Source: an uncultured Bacteroides sp. (lineage in GTDB: Bacteria > Bacteroidota > Bacteroidia > Bacteroidales > GCA-2748055). From it: 64,000 nt of DNA. Below the pieces are notes generated by a model. That model worked only from the letters and a program-made list of their open reading frames with translations, searched no databases and was not told where the DNA came from. Positions 19,352 to 28,085 of this stretch are shown in pieces. Positions within the stretch are counted from its first letter, which is position 1. Each line of letters opens with the position of its first letter. The DNA is taken from contig CAZOHA010000002.1 of the NCBI GenBank assembly GCA_964579515.1, forward strand, positions 145,096 to 209,095, given 5' to 3'. A program made the translations under genes and the position numbers.

Positions 19352-19762
19352 ATGGCTGAAAATAAAACGAAACCGACAGACAGGCAGGTGAACTCATATC
19401 TTCAGGGAATTGAAGACCCCTTCAGGCGTGAGGATTGCCGGGAAGTGGCCGCCCTGATGGAGGAGATCACAGGAGAGACTCCCGTCATGTGGGGCGAGTC
19501 TCTGGTGGGCTTCGGTAAGTATCGCTATAAGTATGCAAGCGAAAGGGAAGGGGAGTGGTTCAAAACCGGATTTTCTTCCCGCAAACAGAGCCTGACGATC
19601 TATATCGCAGGATATCTGGAGAACCATAATGATATCATGAAGCGTTTAGGAAAATTCAAAACGGGGAAAGGATGCCTCTACATTAAACGGTTAACCGATG
19701 TGGAAAAACCGGTATTGAAAGAATTGATCGAAACCTCCATCCGGAATCTCCCGGTGGATTGA
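19352..19762 (+). CDS. DUF1801 (YdhG-like) domain protein
   Basis: 136 aa. The pattern PVMWGESLVGFGKYRYKYASEREGEWF...LTIYI is typical of DUF1801. Confidence 0.6.
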   Translation: MAENKTKPTDRQVNSYLQGIEDPFRREDCREVAALMEEITGETPVMWGESLVGFGKYRYKYASEREGEWFKTGFSSRKQSLTIYIAGYLENHNDIMKRLGKFKTGKGCLYIKRLTDVEKPVLKELIETSIRNLPVD

Positions 19763-19773
19763 ACGAAGTAATT

Positions 19774-20526
19774 ATGAAACCATATTCTGCTCTGTTGCAC
19801 GGCATCTTGTTTTTTTTGCTAACGCTCCATCTCGCTGCCCAGGAAAGGGGGAGCGGCGCGGAGCATGCGGCCTTCAGCCAGCGGGTTCAGGAGCGCGAAA
19901 GGATGGTGAAAACAGGGATCGAGAACTATCCTTACCAGCCGGTGAAGGATCCGGAGGTCCTGAAGGCAATGCGTACAGTGCCCAGGCATGCCTTTGTTCC
20001 CGAAAATATGCAATCGGAAGCCTACCGCAATTCTCCTCTGCCCATCGGAAATGGTCAGACCATTTCCCAGCCTTTCATTGTTGCTCACATGACCGAGCTA
20101 CTGGAACTGGAACCGGGTCATAAGGTGCTGGAAATCGGCACGGGTTCGGGCTACCAGGCGGCTGTCCTTGCCGAAATTTGCGATACAGTATACACCATAG
20201 AGATCATTTCTGAACTGGGTGCCCGGGCAAAAGCCCTTCTCCGTGATCTGGGTTATGCCAATGTGATCGTCAAGGTCGGGAACGGATATAAGGGATGGCC
20301 GGAACATGCTCCTTTTGACCGGATCATTGTAACATGTGCCCCTGACGATATCCCACAGCCACTCAAAGATCAGCTGGCTGCAGGCGGACGCATGATCATT
20401 CCAGTGGGAAACCCCCGGGAGGTGCAGTATATGGTGGAAGTGAACAAAGACCGGAATGGTAAAATTAGCACCCGGGAGCACTACCCGGTCAGGTTCGTTC
20501 CGATGACGGGAAAACCAGTCAATTGA
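19774..20526 (+). CDS. pcm: protein-L-isoaspartate O-methyltransferase, with N-terminal signal peptide
   Basis: The ATG is at 19774. It has VPRHAFVP, QTISQPFIVA, VLEIGTGSGYQAAVLA and VRFVPMTG motifs, plus a hydrophobic N-terminus (LLHGILFFLLTLHLAAQ). Confidence 0.85.
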   Translation: MKPYSALLHGILFFLLTLHLAAQERGSGAEHAAFSQRVQERERMVKTGIENYPYQPVKDPEVLKAMRTVPRHAFVPENMQSEAYRNSPLPIGNGQTISQPFIVAHMTELLELEPGHKVLEIGTGSGYQAAVLAEICDTVYTIEIISELGARAKALLRDLGYANVIVKVGNGYKGWPEHAPFDRIIVTCAPDDIPQPLKDQLAAGGRMIIPVGNPREVQYMVEVNKDRNGKISTREHYPVRFVPMTGKPVN

Positions 20527-20564
20527 TGTTCAACCGATCCGCCGGTGAACCAGTCCATGCTAAT

Positions 20565-21308
20565 ATGATACAAATCCTCGTACTCTCCGACTCCCATCTT
20601 TTCGGAATCAAAGATCAAGAGCTGTTCGGGGTCAATACCTACCAATCTCTTCAAAGCCTTACCTCTTCTATCCGGAAAAAAGGACGATTCTTCGATCTGA
20701 TGGTCGCCTGCGGGGATCTTTCGGAGGATGGTTCGGCAAAAGCCTATGACCATTTCGAACATCTGACCTCGGGGCTCTGCAGAGAGGTGATCTGGCTTCC
20801 GGGCAACCACGACCGCTTCGATCATCTCTCACAGCGTCAGAAAAAAGAATTTTTCCGGGGGGAGTGGCATGCCGGGCCCTGGAGTATGATCTTCCTCGAC
20901 ACCACCATCCCTGAACGTGACGAGGGCTTTTTGGGAAACGGGGAACTGGAGAGGCTCCGGGTCTTTCTCGCCACCCATGCCGCCCGGCATATCTGGATTT
21001 TCATGCATCATCATCCGTGCAGGGTAGGCTCGGAATTCATTGATGCACTTGAACTGAAGAATTCTCATGATTTCTGGAAGGTTGTTTCGGTCCATCCCGC
21101 CGTCAGGGGAGTCACCTTCGGCCATGTCCATCAACCGATCAAAGAGAGCATCGGAGGCATCACCTGTTTATCCGCTCCCTCCGCCGCCATGCAATTCAAA
21201 CCGTTCGCTGCAGAACTGGATTTCGAAGACCTTCCACCCGGTTACATCGTGCTCGAACTTCACCCGGACGGCTGTTCAAAAAGCCTGATTGAACGTATGA
21301 GAATTTAG
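20565..21308 (+). CDS. metallophosphoesterase, CpdA-like cyclic-nucleotide phosphodiesterase
   Basis: The ATG is at 20565 (MIQILVLSDSHL). It carries the calcineurin-like motifs DxH, GDLSEDG, GNHD, MHHHP and GHVH. Confidence 0.7.
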   Translation: MIQILVLSDSHLFGIKDQELFGVNTYQSLQSLTSSIRKKGRFFDLMVACGDLSEDGSAKAYDHFEHLTSGLCREVIWLPGNHDRFDHLSQRQKKEFFRGEWHAGPWSMIFLDTTIPERDEGFLGNGELERLRVFLATHAARHIWIFMHHHPCRVGSEFIDALELKNSHDFWKVVSVHPAVRGVTFGHVHQPIKESIGGITCLSAPSAAMQFKPFAAELDFEDLPPGYIVLELHPDGCSKSLIERMRI

Positions 21309-21323
21309 ATATCTTTGTATGAA

Positions 21324-22373
21324 ATGGCCTTGCTGCTGACATACCTGGGTATAGCCCTTTTCTTTTCGTTTTTATGTTCCATCCTGGAAGCCTCTCTTCT
21401 GAGCACCACTCCTATTTTCATCAATATCAAGCAGAAAGAAGGAAAGAAGTATGCAAGTTCCCTGGATCATCTAAAAAAGAACATCGATCTGCCACTCTCG
21501 GCCATTCTTACCCTGAACACTTTCGCGCACACCATCGGTGCGGCCGGAGTAGGATCGCAGGTCCAGGAGATCTGGGGGAATGAGTATTTGTCCCTCGCTT
21601 CGCTCATTCTCACCCTGATTATCCTGATTGCCTCCGAGATCATCCCCAAAACCCTGGGAGCCCTGTACTGGAAAGAGTTGGGAAGGTTCACTGTGATCGC
21701 CCTGAAGATCATGATCTATTCTCCCCTCTATCCCTTTATCATACTCACCAATTTTATCACCAGGAGCATGAAGAGGAACACGGCAGGGGATCCAAGGATC
21801 AGCAAGTCCGAGTTTCAGGCCATTACCGACTCGGTGATCGAGGACCGGGTGATCGAGGCGGAGGAGTCTCAGATCCTGCAGAACCTGATGAGGTTCCAGA
21901 GCATTCAGGTCAAAAGCATCATGACCCCCCAGGTGGTGATCGTTGCCGAGGAGGAGAACACCTCCATCAGTGAGTTTTACAAGAAACATGAAGATATTCC
22001 TTTCTCAAGGATCCCTATTTTTCAGAAGGAGATGAATCAGATCACCGGATTTGTTCTGAAGGATGAGATCATGGAGATGATCATCGAGAAGAAAGGAGAC
22101 CGTTCGATGAAATCGATCTCCCGTCCCATCAATGTGGTCCATGAAGAGACCCCCATCATCCGGCTCTTTTCCAACCTGATCGAGCTTAAGGCACATATCG
22201 CGGTGGTGGTGGACGAGTATGGAATGGTCAGCGGCCTGGTCACCATGGAAGATGTGTTCGAAACTCTGATCGGACTGGAAATCATGGATGAGATGGATAA
22301 TGTGGAGGATATGCAGGTGCTGGCCAGGAAGAACTGGGAGACCAGGGCCAAGAAGCTGGGACTGATCAAGTAA
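21324..22373 (+). CDS. CNNM/DUF21 plus CBS-pair membrane protein (hemolysin/CorC-related)
   Basis: The N-terminal DUF21 TM region contains LLTLNTFAHTIGAAG and EIIPKTLG. It is followed by two CBS-like repeats (VKSIMTPQV..., AHIAVVVDEYGMVSGLVTMEDVFE). Confidence 0.8.
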   Translation: MALLLTYLGIALFFSFLCSILEASLLSTTPIFINIKQKEGKKYASSLDHLKKNIDLPLSAILTLNTFAHTIGAAGVGSQVQEIWGNEYLSLASLILTLIILIASEIIPKTLGALYWKELGRFTVIALKIMIYSPLYPFIILTNFITRSMKRNTAGDPRISKSEFQAITDSVIEDRVIEAEESQILQNLMRFQSIQVKSIMTPQVVIVAEEENTSISEFYKKHEDIPFSRIPIFQKEMNQITGFVLKDEIMEMIIEKKGDRSMKSISRPINVVHEETPIIRLFSNLIELKAHIAVVVDEYGMVSGLVTMEDVFETLIGLEIMDEMDNVEDMQVLARKNWETRAKKLGLIK

Positions 22374-22390
22374 AAAAAAAAGTATGCTTG

Positions 22391-22459
22391 TGATTGACTT
22401 CGTCGATCACTTTCGTGATTGCTAACGCGATCACTCACTGACGTTCGTGATTCAGCTGG
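22391..22459. repeat. direct repeat copy A (displaced tRNA-Lys 3' end plus downstream hairpin array)
   Basis: It shares identical blocks with 27263..27332: GATCACTTTCGTGATTGC (22405..22422), GCGATCAC (22427..22434) and GTGATTCAGCTGG (22447..22459). The last block is the complement of the tRNA acceptor 3' strand. Confidence 0.8.
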
Positions 22460-22481
22460 AATCACCACCCACCAAGAACCT

Positions 22482-22506
22482 CGATCGATTTCGGTCGGGA
22501 TTTTTT
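22482..22506 (+). terminator. possible intrinsic terminator
   Basis: CGATCG-ATTT-CGGTCG stem (one G-U pair), followed by GGATTTTTT. Confidence 0.3.
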
Positions 22507-22727
22507 GCTTATTAGCGCCTCTCTATTCCATACCAGCCCTGCCTTTCAGAAGTTCTATAGTTAAATGGCTATAGCTGGTTGAATGTACTTATGAGCATCG
22601 GGAAGGGGCATGCAAAAGTGAGTATGGAAGTAGTGGTATGAGAAAAATTAAGTAGATTCTGTCATAATTCCCTTACTTATTAGTCACATTTATAAGCAAT
22701 ACTGATTTTTTGCCCTTCAATTGTCTG

Positions 22728-23225
22728 ATGACATTTACGGAAACATACAATAAGTATTACCCCGAACTTATTAGATATGGACGGCAGTTAAATATTGATA
22801 AACAGGATATTGAGGACTTGACGCATGAAACATTCATTCGATATTATAAGGAAACAAGCAAGAATATCAAAATTGAAAATCCTCGTGCATGGTTATACAA
22901 AGTGTTGTATAATCTAGTGATAACCAAGAAGAACGCCAGGACTCTGCATGAATCTAAAATTGACGAAATGACTCATGCTGAGGACATTCAAGACATAGAT
23001 GAAGAACGTGCAAAAGCGGAAAGGAAAACACTGGTATTTAAGACTTTGCATCGACTACCAGTTAAGGAGAAGAACTTATTACTCTTATATCATAATGGAC
23101 TTAAATACAAGGAGATCGCAGAGATATTAGAGATAAAACCCAATTCAGTCGGAACATATTTAGTTCGAACTATCAACAAACTGAAAACATTACTTAAAGA
23201 AGATTATCATGAACTGTTTAGATAG
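22728..23225 (+). CDS. ECF-type RNA polymerase sigma-70 family factor (island-borne)
   Basis: Region 2 (DIEDLTHETFIRYYK, AWLYKVLYN) and region 4 (LLLLYHNGLKYKEIAEILEIKPNSVGTYLVRTINKLK). The start is the ATG at 22728 or the TTG at 22710. Confidence 0.75.
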   Translation: MTFTETYNKYYPELIRYGRQLNIDKQDIEDLTHETFIRYYKETSKNIKIENPRAWLYKVLYNLVITKKNARTLHESKIDEMTHAEDIQDIDEERAKAERKTLVFKTLHRLPVKEKNLLLLYHNGLKYKEIAEILEIKPNSVGTYLVRTINKLKTLLKEDYHELFR

Positions 23226-23685
23226 GGTAGACATTCAAAAATTCATTGATAATGAGGTGGACGATTTGCATCGAGATACGATAGAATCTCATTTGCAGCA
23301 CTGTAGCAAATGCAAAGAGCTATATGAAACAGCAATGCAGGATACAAGAACAATCAATGAGTTTATATCCCATACATACTCGGAAGATGAGATTATAGGC
23401 GTACCTAAGTTTAACTTGAAGCTTCAGAAGAAGAAATCTTCCTTTTACAGGGTAACTTCTTCATTGTCTTTTAAAGTGGCTGCAAGTATTGCCTTTCTCA
23501 TTGGCTTGTTTTTTATCATAAGAATCAATGTGTCACCCCCTGTTATCGCATCTGAAGATGCAGACCTTAAAATATTAGAACTCTTTGGTAATACTGAACC
23601 CAATAAAGCGTGGCATAATGGTCAGATGGTAATTGTCCTTGTGGATGAAAATGGTGAAGTAATCCAATCATTTCTTTCAGAATAA
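23209..23685 (+). CDS. anti-sigma factor, zf-HC2 type, single-pass membrane
   Basis: It overlaps the sigma gene by 17 nt. It has the H-x3-C-x2-C motif (HLQHCSKCKELY) and one TM helix (VAASIAFLIGLFFII). Confidence 0.6.
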   Translation: MNCLDRVDIQKFIDNEVDDLHRDTIESHLQHCSKCKELYETAMQDTRTINEFISHTYSEDEIIGVPKFNLKLQKKKSSFYRVTSSLSFKVAASIAFLIGLFFIIRINVSPPVIASEDADLKILELFGNTEPNKAWHNGQMVIVLVDENGEVIQSFLSE

Positions 23686-23710
23686 AACTCAAAACAATAA
23701 TCCAATAATC

Positions 23711-24961
23711 ATGAAAACCAAACTCATACTATCATTCACCTTATTATGTATTCTGCCATTCACTTATGGGCAGAACCTATCACAGTTTTACGAAAACGAG
23801 ACAGTTATTCTTGAGAAAGTTTCTGGTTTCGCAGAAAGTAATGACTGGAATGATCTATTCTCAGATTTTCCATCTATTTATCTGGATAAAGATTTTAGGA
23901 AAATCAACCACATTGTAGTTGCCCCGGATGGTTCAATATTTATGAGTCACCATACACGCTATGACATTTGGAAATTTGATAAGGATGGGAGATTCATTAA
24001 GAAATTTGGATCAAAAGGAAATGGAGAAGGTCAGTTTGTGATGATGGCTAAAGTAGCTGGTGTATTGGGGGAGAAATATCTTTATACGACTGATGCCCAA
24101 GGCAGGATGTTGTTCTTTGATCTTGAAGGGAATTACGTCAAATCTCTTAAACTCGACTATATGCCTCTGAATACAGTTGCTTTGAATGATATGAAGATTG
24201 CAATCTTCGGGCATGTCCCATGGAAAAAACATACGGTCAGATATATCATTTCAATAAAAGACTTCGAATCAGGACAGGAGAAAATTATTTGGGATGAGAT
24301 TTATGATCCTCTAATGAACCTGATTGAATTACCTAATGGCAAGCAAATGATTGCGATGATGAATGTTTCAAAATCAGAAACAACACGATTTGGAATCGCA
24401 GCAACCTCGGATGGCAACTTACTTGTAGCATCTAATGAAGATGGAACTGTTAGCGAATACTCCACTGATGGAGTAATAATAAGAACATTCCCTTTGAACA
24501 TAGATCCAGTTGAAATTACTGATGCAGACATAGAAAGAATGTACCAGACACAGATAAACAATTTTGCCAAATTCCAAGAAAGACTTTCAGAAGAAAGGAA
24601 ACTTACAGATGAGGAAATGGAAATGATAAAGGCAAAATATATGGAGCATTTTGAAACCCTTAAAGATAAGATCAAAGCTGGTGATCACCTACCGCTTTAT
24701 TCTACCGTAATCATGGATTCTGATGGTAATGTCTTGGTATTTGAATTTACTGAAGAGAAAGATGCCAATAAATTCAATGTATATTCATATAAAATGGATG
24801 GGACATTAATCGGGATATCAAGTTTTGCATCACAGGAATACGATTTGACCTACACCCACGACACATTCGTTTTTCATGATGGTTATGTCTATGCAATGGC
24901 TGTTAAGAAGAATGCTGATGGAGTTCCATTAAGACTTGTGAAGTTTCGTCTATCAGAATAA
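23711..24961 (+). CDS. secreted 6-bladed beta-propeller (NHL-like repeat) protein
   Basis: It has a signal peptide (LILSFTLLCILPFTYGQ) and an NHL-like blade motif (GSKGNGEGQFVMMAKVAGVLGEKYLYTTDAQGRMLFFDLEGNY). The codon usage is AT-rich. Confidence 0.5.
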   Translation: MKTKLILSFTLLCILPFTYGQNLSQFYENETVILEKVSGFAESNDWNDLFSDFPSIYLDKDFRKINHIVVAPDGSIFMSHHTRYDIWKFDKDGRFIKKFGSKGNGEGQFVMMAKVAGVLGEKYLYTTDAQGRMLFFDLEGNYVKSLKLDYMPLNTVALNDMKIAIFGHVPWKKHTVRYIISIKDFESGQEKIIWDEIYDPLMNLIELPNGKQMIAMMNVSKSETTRFGIAATSDGNLLVASNEDGTVSEYSTDGVIIRTFPLNIDPVEITDADIERMYQTQINNFAKFQERLSEERKLTDEEMEMIKAKYMEHFETLKDKIKAGDHLPLYSTVIMDSDGNVLVFEFTEEKDANKFNVYSYKMDGTLIGISSFASQEYDLTYTHDTFVFHDGYVYAMAVKKNADGVPLRLVKFRLSE

Positions 24962-25197
24962 TGCGCTGGCTCGCGTCTTTATGAACATATTAAAAATCCA
25001 AGTTAAGGCTGGGCTTGTCATTGAAAGAAGCTTAAGCTCTTGAGTTCGACCATTGCCTCCAACTCCGTTTCCACAAGGTCATTGATACAATTGGTATGGA
25101 AGAGCCAGTTAGCAACAGTTTACTGGAATTCCCTACTCCAGCAAGCCCCATTACTGTATCTATGAAATCAACTAATTGTGACTGACCCGAAATGATC

Positions 25198-27045
25198 CTA
25201 TTTAAAAGACGTGGAATCAACCGGGACATGGTCGATTAGTACTTCAACTTCCTTGGTATAATATGGCTCAGAATCCCCATCTGCATAATACTCCAGGATT
25301 TTTGTATTGTGCGCGGCGATTTCATAATCATAACGAAAACTGATTTTGGCATCGCACAATCCAGATGAAGTTGTTGTAAATGAGCTGAATTGGATAGGTT
25401 CCTGTTCGTGGTAATTAGTCATATTTATCAGCGAACCCCAAGCGTAAAAGCAACTATGGATCACTTTTATAGTTAAAGAACGGCCTTCGGGAACCTCCAC
25501 GACCATGGAATAATATCTGTCATTTAATGATTTGTCTTCCACCTCGGTAACACTTTCGTGAAGTATATTGGTTCCATAGGTACCTGATTCAGGAAAAATG
25601 AATTGGTTTGTGGCCACAAAATCCGTCTGATTGATAAACTGATTGATATATTTCTCAAAATCAGAGATTTCATATTCGACAGTCAGTTCGTTATATCGCT
25701 GTTCAATGTTATCCCGGATATTACCCAGGTTTGCATAATTGATTCCATTGATCAGTTTTGTTCCAATGGATTCTCTGTCTATGGTGCCATCCGATTTTAA
25801 GTCTAGAGATATTTGACTCAGAAGTTCGGAGAATTCACCGGTGGTTCTATCCCCCTGAATAATTAATGATGTTGCCAAAAGAATAGCATTGTCCTCACCC
25901 GTGCTGGAAATATCCATCTGCTCTGATAACAATTGATCAACACTGACAAAACCGAAGATTCCAAGGATTTCCTCCTTAGCCTGTTGCTTTGCTGAAGCGA
26001 AACTCATCCCAGTATTCATCAACTCGGAGATCCTGTCTTTTTCAAGGTGCGAGAGTATATTTATATTGAACGATTCCTTGTTTGTTATATCTACCAGGCT
26101 GTGTAATGTTAATTGTGCTTCTGAGATTCCGCCAGATCGCTCATTAAAATAGAAGCCTTCCGCTTTTAGATGCAGAAACCCAGATTCAAGTTCTACCTTT
26201 GGAAGCTCATACCTACCTGAGTTATCTGCAATTTGAGTAGAAAACACTCTCCCGGTTGGCTGAAGGTCAGCATTTAGCTCAGATACTGTGATGGTTGATC
26301 CCAGAATATATGGTCCCTTCTGTACATATCCAACAATATCAACGGTAGCAAGGGGAACATCTAGAACATCTATGGTAACCAAGGCAAAGGAAGTTAAAGG
26401 CTGCAGACTGTCGTTATCACATACTGAGATCATACAAATTAGCTCCTGGTGCACACTATAATCGAACCAGGCAGAATCATGGATAGTGATTTCTCCGGTT
26501 AAAGTATCCAGTTGAACTGCCTGATCTTCATTGCCACTTTCGATCTTGAAGGTAAATTGTTGTTCACCATCAGGATCAGATGCATTTACAGTCCCTATTG
26601 GCGTGCCAGACTTGCTCCGCTCGTTAACAGAGAATATCTGATCCTCCACTACCGGGGCAAACTCGTTCATATCGATCAATTGAACAGTTATCCTGGCTTC
26701 TGATTCAAGTGGTTCGTTGGGATGATTGTCACTTACAACTACTTGCAAGTTGAATTTCTGGATCTTCTCAAAATCCAGCACCGAGGGATTACCAACTTTC
26801 ATTGTGCCAGAACTTGATTCCAATGAAAATGCATTCTCCGTGTTGCCTCCTATAATTTCAAAAGACAGGGAGCTTTGATCATCCAGATCGGTTGCCTCCA
26901 CTTTGCCAACAATAGTACCTGTCTTACTATTCTCGGCAATATGAAAAACCTGATCAGCCAAAACTGGTTGGTATTCATTTCTATCGCAGGATGTAAGCAA
27001 CAGGATAGCTAGGAAGGTGCTAGCAGTGAGACTGAGGGTTTTCAT
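25198..27045 (-). CDS. cadherin-repeat lipoprotein with a carboxypeptidase-regulatory-like domain and a large uncharacterised C-terminal region
   Basis: It has a lipoprotein signal (LLLTSC) and two cadherin-like repeats (VFHIAENSKTGTIVGKVEATDLDD...FEII; IFSVNERSKSGTPIGTVNASDPDGE...FKIESGN, each ending in a DxNEF/DxxD motif). A CarboxypepD_reg-like segment follows (VGYVQKGPYILGSTITVSE). Confidence 0.65.
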   Translation of the reverse strand: MKTLSLTASTFLAILLLTSCDRNEYQPVLADQVFHIAENSKTGTIVGKVEATDLDDQSSLSFEIIGGNTENAFSLESSSGTMKVGNPSVLDFEKIQKFNLQVVVSDNHPNEPLESEARITVQLIDMNEFAPVVEDQIFSVNERSKSGTPIGTVNASDPDGEQQFTFKIESGNEDQAVQLDTLTGEITIHDSAWFDYSVHQELICMISVCDNDSLQPLTSFALVTIDVLDVPLATVDIVGYVQKGPYILGSTITVSELNADLQPTGRVFSTQIADNSGRYELPKVELESGFLHLKAEGFYFNERSGGISEAQLTLHSLVDITNKESFNINILSHLEKDRISELMNTGMSFASAKQQAKEEILGIFGFVSVDQLLSEQMDISSTGEDNAILLATSLIIQGDRTTGEFSELLSQISLDLKSDGTIDRESIGTKLINGINYANLGNIRDNIEQRYNELTVEYEISDFEKYINQFINQTDFVATNQFIFPESGTYGTNILHESVTEVEDKSLNDRYYSMVVEVPEGRSLTIKVIHSCFYAWGSLINMTNYHEQEPIQFSSFTTTSSGLCDAKISFRYDYEIAAHNTKILEYYADGDSEPYYTKEVEVLIDHVPVDSTSFK

Positions 27046-27220
27046 ATAGGATACTTTTGGTTATCTGATTTGTACGAAGCAACACTTTCATAGGTTACTT
27101 CAGTATTGCTCAAATATTGAACCATCCCGCCGCATGCTTTTATTCATGCCATTCAAAGCCATTTGATTATAGTACACGTGAAAAGTCAGAGATGGCCTGG
27201 CATAAAGAGGCATTTAAAGC

Positions 27221-27243
27221 AAAAACCCCCGCCGTTTCCGACG
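27221..27243 (-). terminator. possible terminator downstream of tRNA-Lys
   Basis: The minus strand reads CGTCG-GAAA-CGGCG followed by GGGGTTTTT. The stem is weak (5 bp). Confidence 0.3.
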
Positions 27244-27262
27244 AGGATTCTCCAAAGGGTAA

Positions 27263-27332
27263 TGATTACTGTCGCGATCACTTTCGTGATTGCCTTCAGC
27301 GATCACAGCGCTGTCGCTTGTGATTCAGCTGG
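27263..27332. repeat. direct repeat copy B (overlaps the functional tRNA-Lys 3' end)
   Basis: Identical blocks are at 27276..27293, 27299..27306 and 27320..27332. The alternating GTGATT/GATCAC architecture is the same as in copy A. Confidence 0.8.
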
Positions 27333-27393
27333 GGATCGAACCCAGGACCCCCTCCTTAAAAGGGAGGTGCTCTGCCAGCTGAGCTACTGAATC
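27321..27393 (-). tRNA. tRNA-Lys (anticodon TTT)
   Basis: The minus strand folds by hand into a cloverleaf: GATTCAG-TA-GCTC-AGCTGGC-AGAGC-A-CCTCC-CTTTTAA-GGAGG-GGGTC-CTGGG-TTCGATC-CCCAG-CTGAATC-A. It has 7/4/5/5-bp stems, a GTTCGATC T-loop and anticodon TTT. CCA is not encoded. Confidence 0.92.
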
Positions 27394-27548
27394 ATCCGGT
27401 TATTGCTTTTTAAAGCGGTTGCAAAGTTAGTAAGAATAACTTTTTCTCCAAACCGTTTTTTCATGGATATTTCCTGTAATGAATCGGTCAACTGTTCGTC
27501 TTCGCTGTAGAAAGTGAATATAAAGTTCAACCAACAAAACAGGAAATC

Positions 27549-28046
27549 ATGAAAAAAGTAATCACTGCCATCATTGCCCTCGCTGTTCCGGTTCTGCTAA
27601 TGGCACAGAATTCAGCCGTAGACAGGCTGTTTGAGAAATACAGCGGAAAAGAGGGAGTCACCACCGTTAAGATCAGTCCGGAGGTTTTTCAGGTGGTGAA
27701 AGCCATGGAAATCGAGGATATCGAAACAAAAGAATTTCCCTTTGACAAGATCGCCTCCGTGAAGATACTGACCATCGAAGAAGAAGAGTTGTGGAAAGGG
27801 GTCAACTTCTACGAGGAGATTAAGAACGACCTGGATGTGGATGACTTTGCCGAAGTGATGACGGTCCAGGATGGAGGGGAGACCGTAAGGATGTGGATGA
27901 AGGTGGATCAGTCCACATTGAGCGAATTCCTTCTCATTGTGGGAGGAGACGACAATGTGATGATCTATATTACCGGCAATTTCAACATGAACGACCTGGA
28001 AGGTCTGGCATCTTCCTTCGATAAGGACCTGGATATTCATCTCTGA
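27549..28046 (+). CDS. DUF4252 domain protein (secreted)
   Basis: It has a signal peptide followed by NSAVDRLFEKYSGKEGVTTVKIS, the hallmark N-terminal pattern shared with the paralog at 29242. Confidence 0.65.
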   Translation: MKKVITAIIALAVPVLLMAQNSAVDRLFEKYSGKEGVTTVKISPEVFQVVKAMEIEDIETKEFPFDKIASVKILTIEEEELWKGVNFYEEIKNDLDVDDFAEVMTVQDGGETVRMWMKVDQSTLSEFLLIVGGDDNVMIYITGNFNMNDLEGLASSFDKDLDIHL

Positions 28047-28085
28047 TTTTGTTACCTTGGACGTTCTTGAATCTGCTGTTTTTAC

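Larger units (their letters stand above)
22460..27262. mobile_element. AT-rich genomic island at tRNA-Lys(TTT), with no recombinase gene retained
   Basis: Base composition and codon usage drop sharply relative to both flanks. The segment is bracketed by the ~70-nt direct repeats (22391..22459 and 27263..27332), which include the tRNA 3' end. Its cargo is four genes (ECF sigma, anti-sigma, beta-propeller, cadherin-repeat lipoprotein). Confidence 0.5.

Noticed and set aside
25032-25229. 65-aa minus-strand ORF in the gap between the island's convergent genes. A similar case is 27117..27390, + strand ORFs across the tRNA region.
   Set aside because: They have no motifs, overlap the neighbouring gene end or the tRNA, and have an implausible composition. 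They are treated as non-coding.
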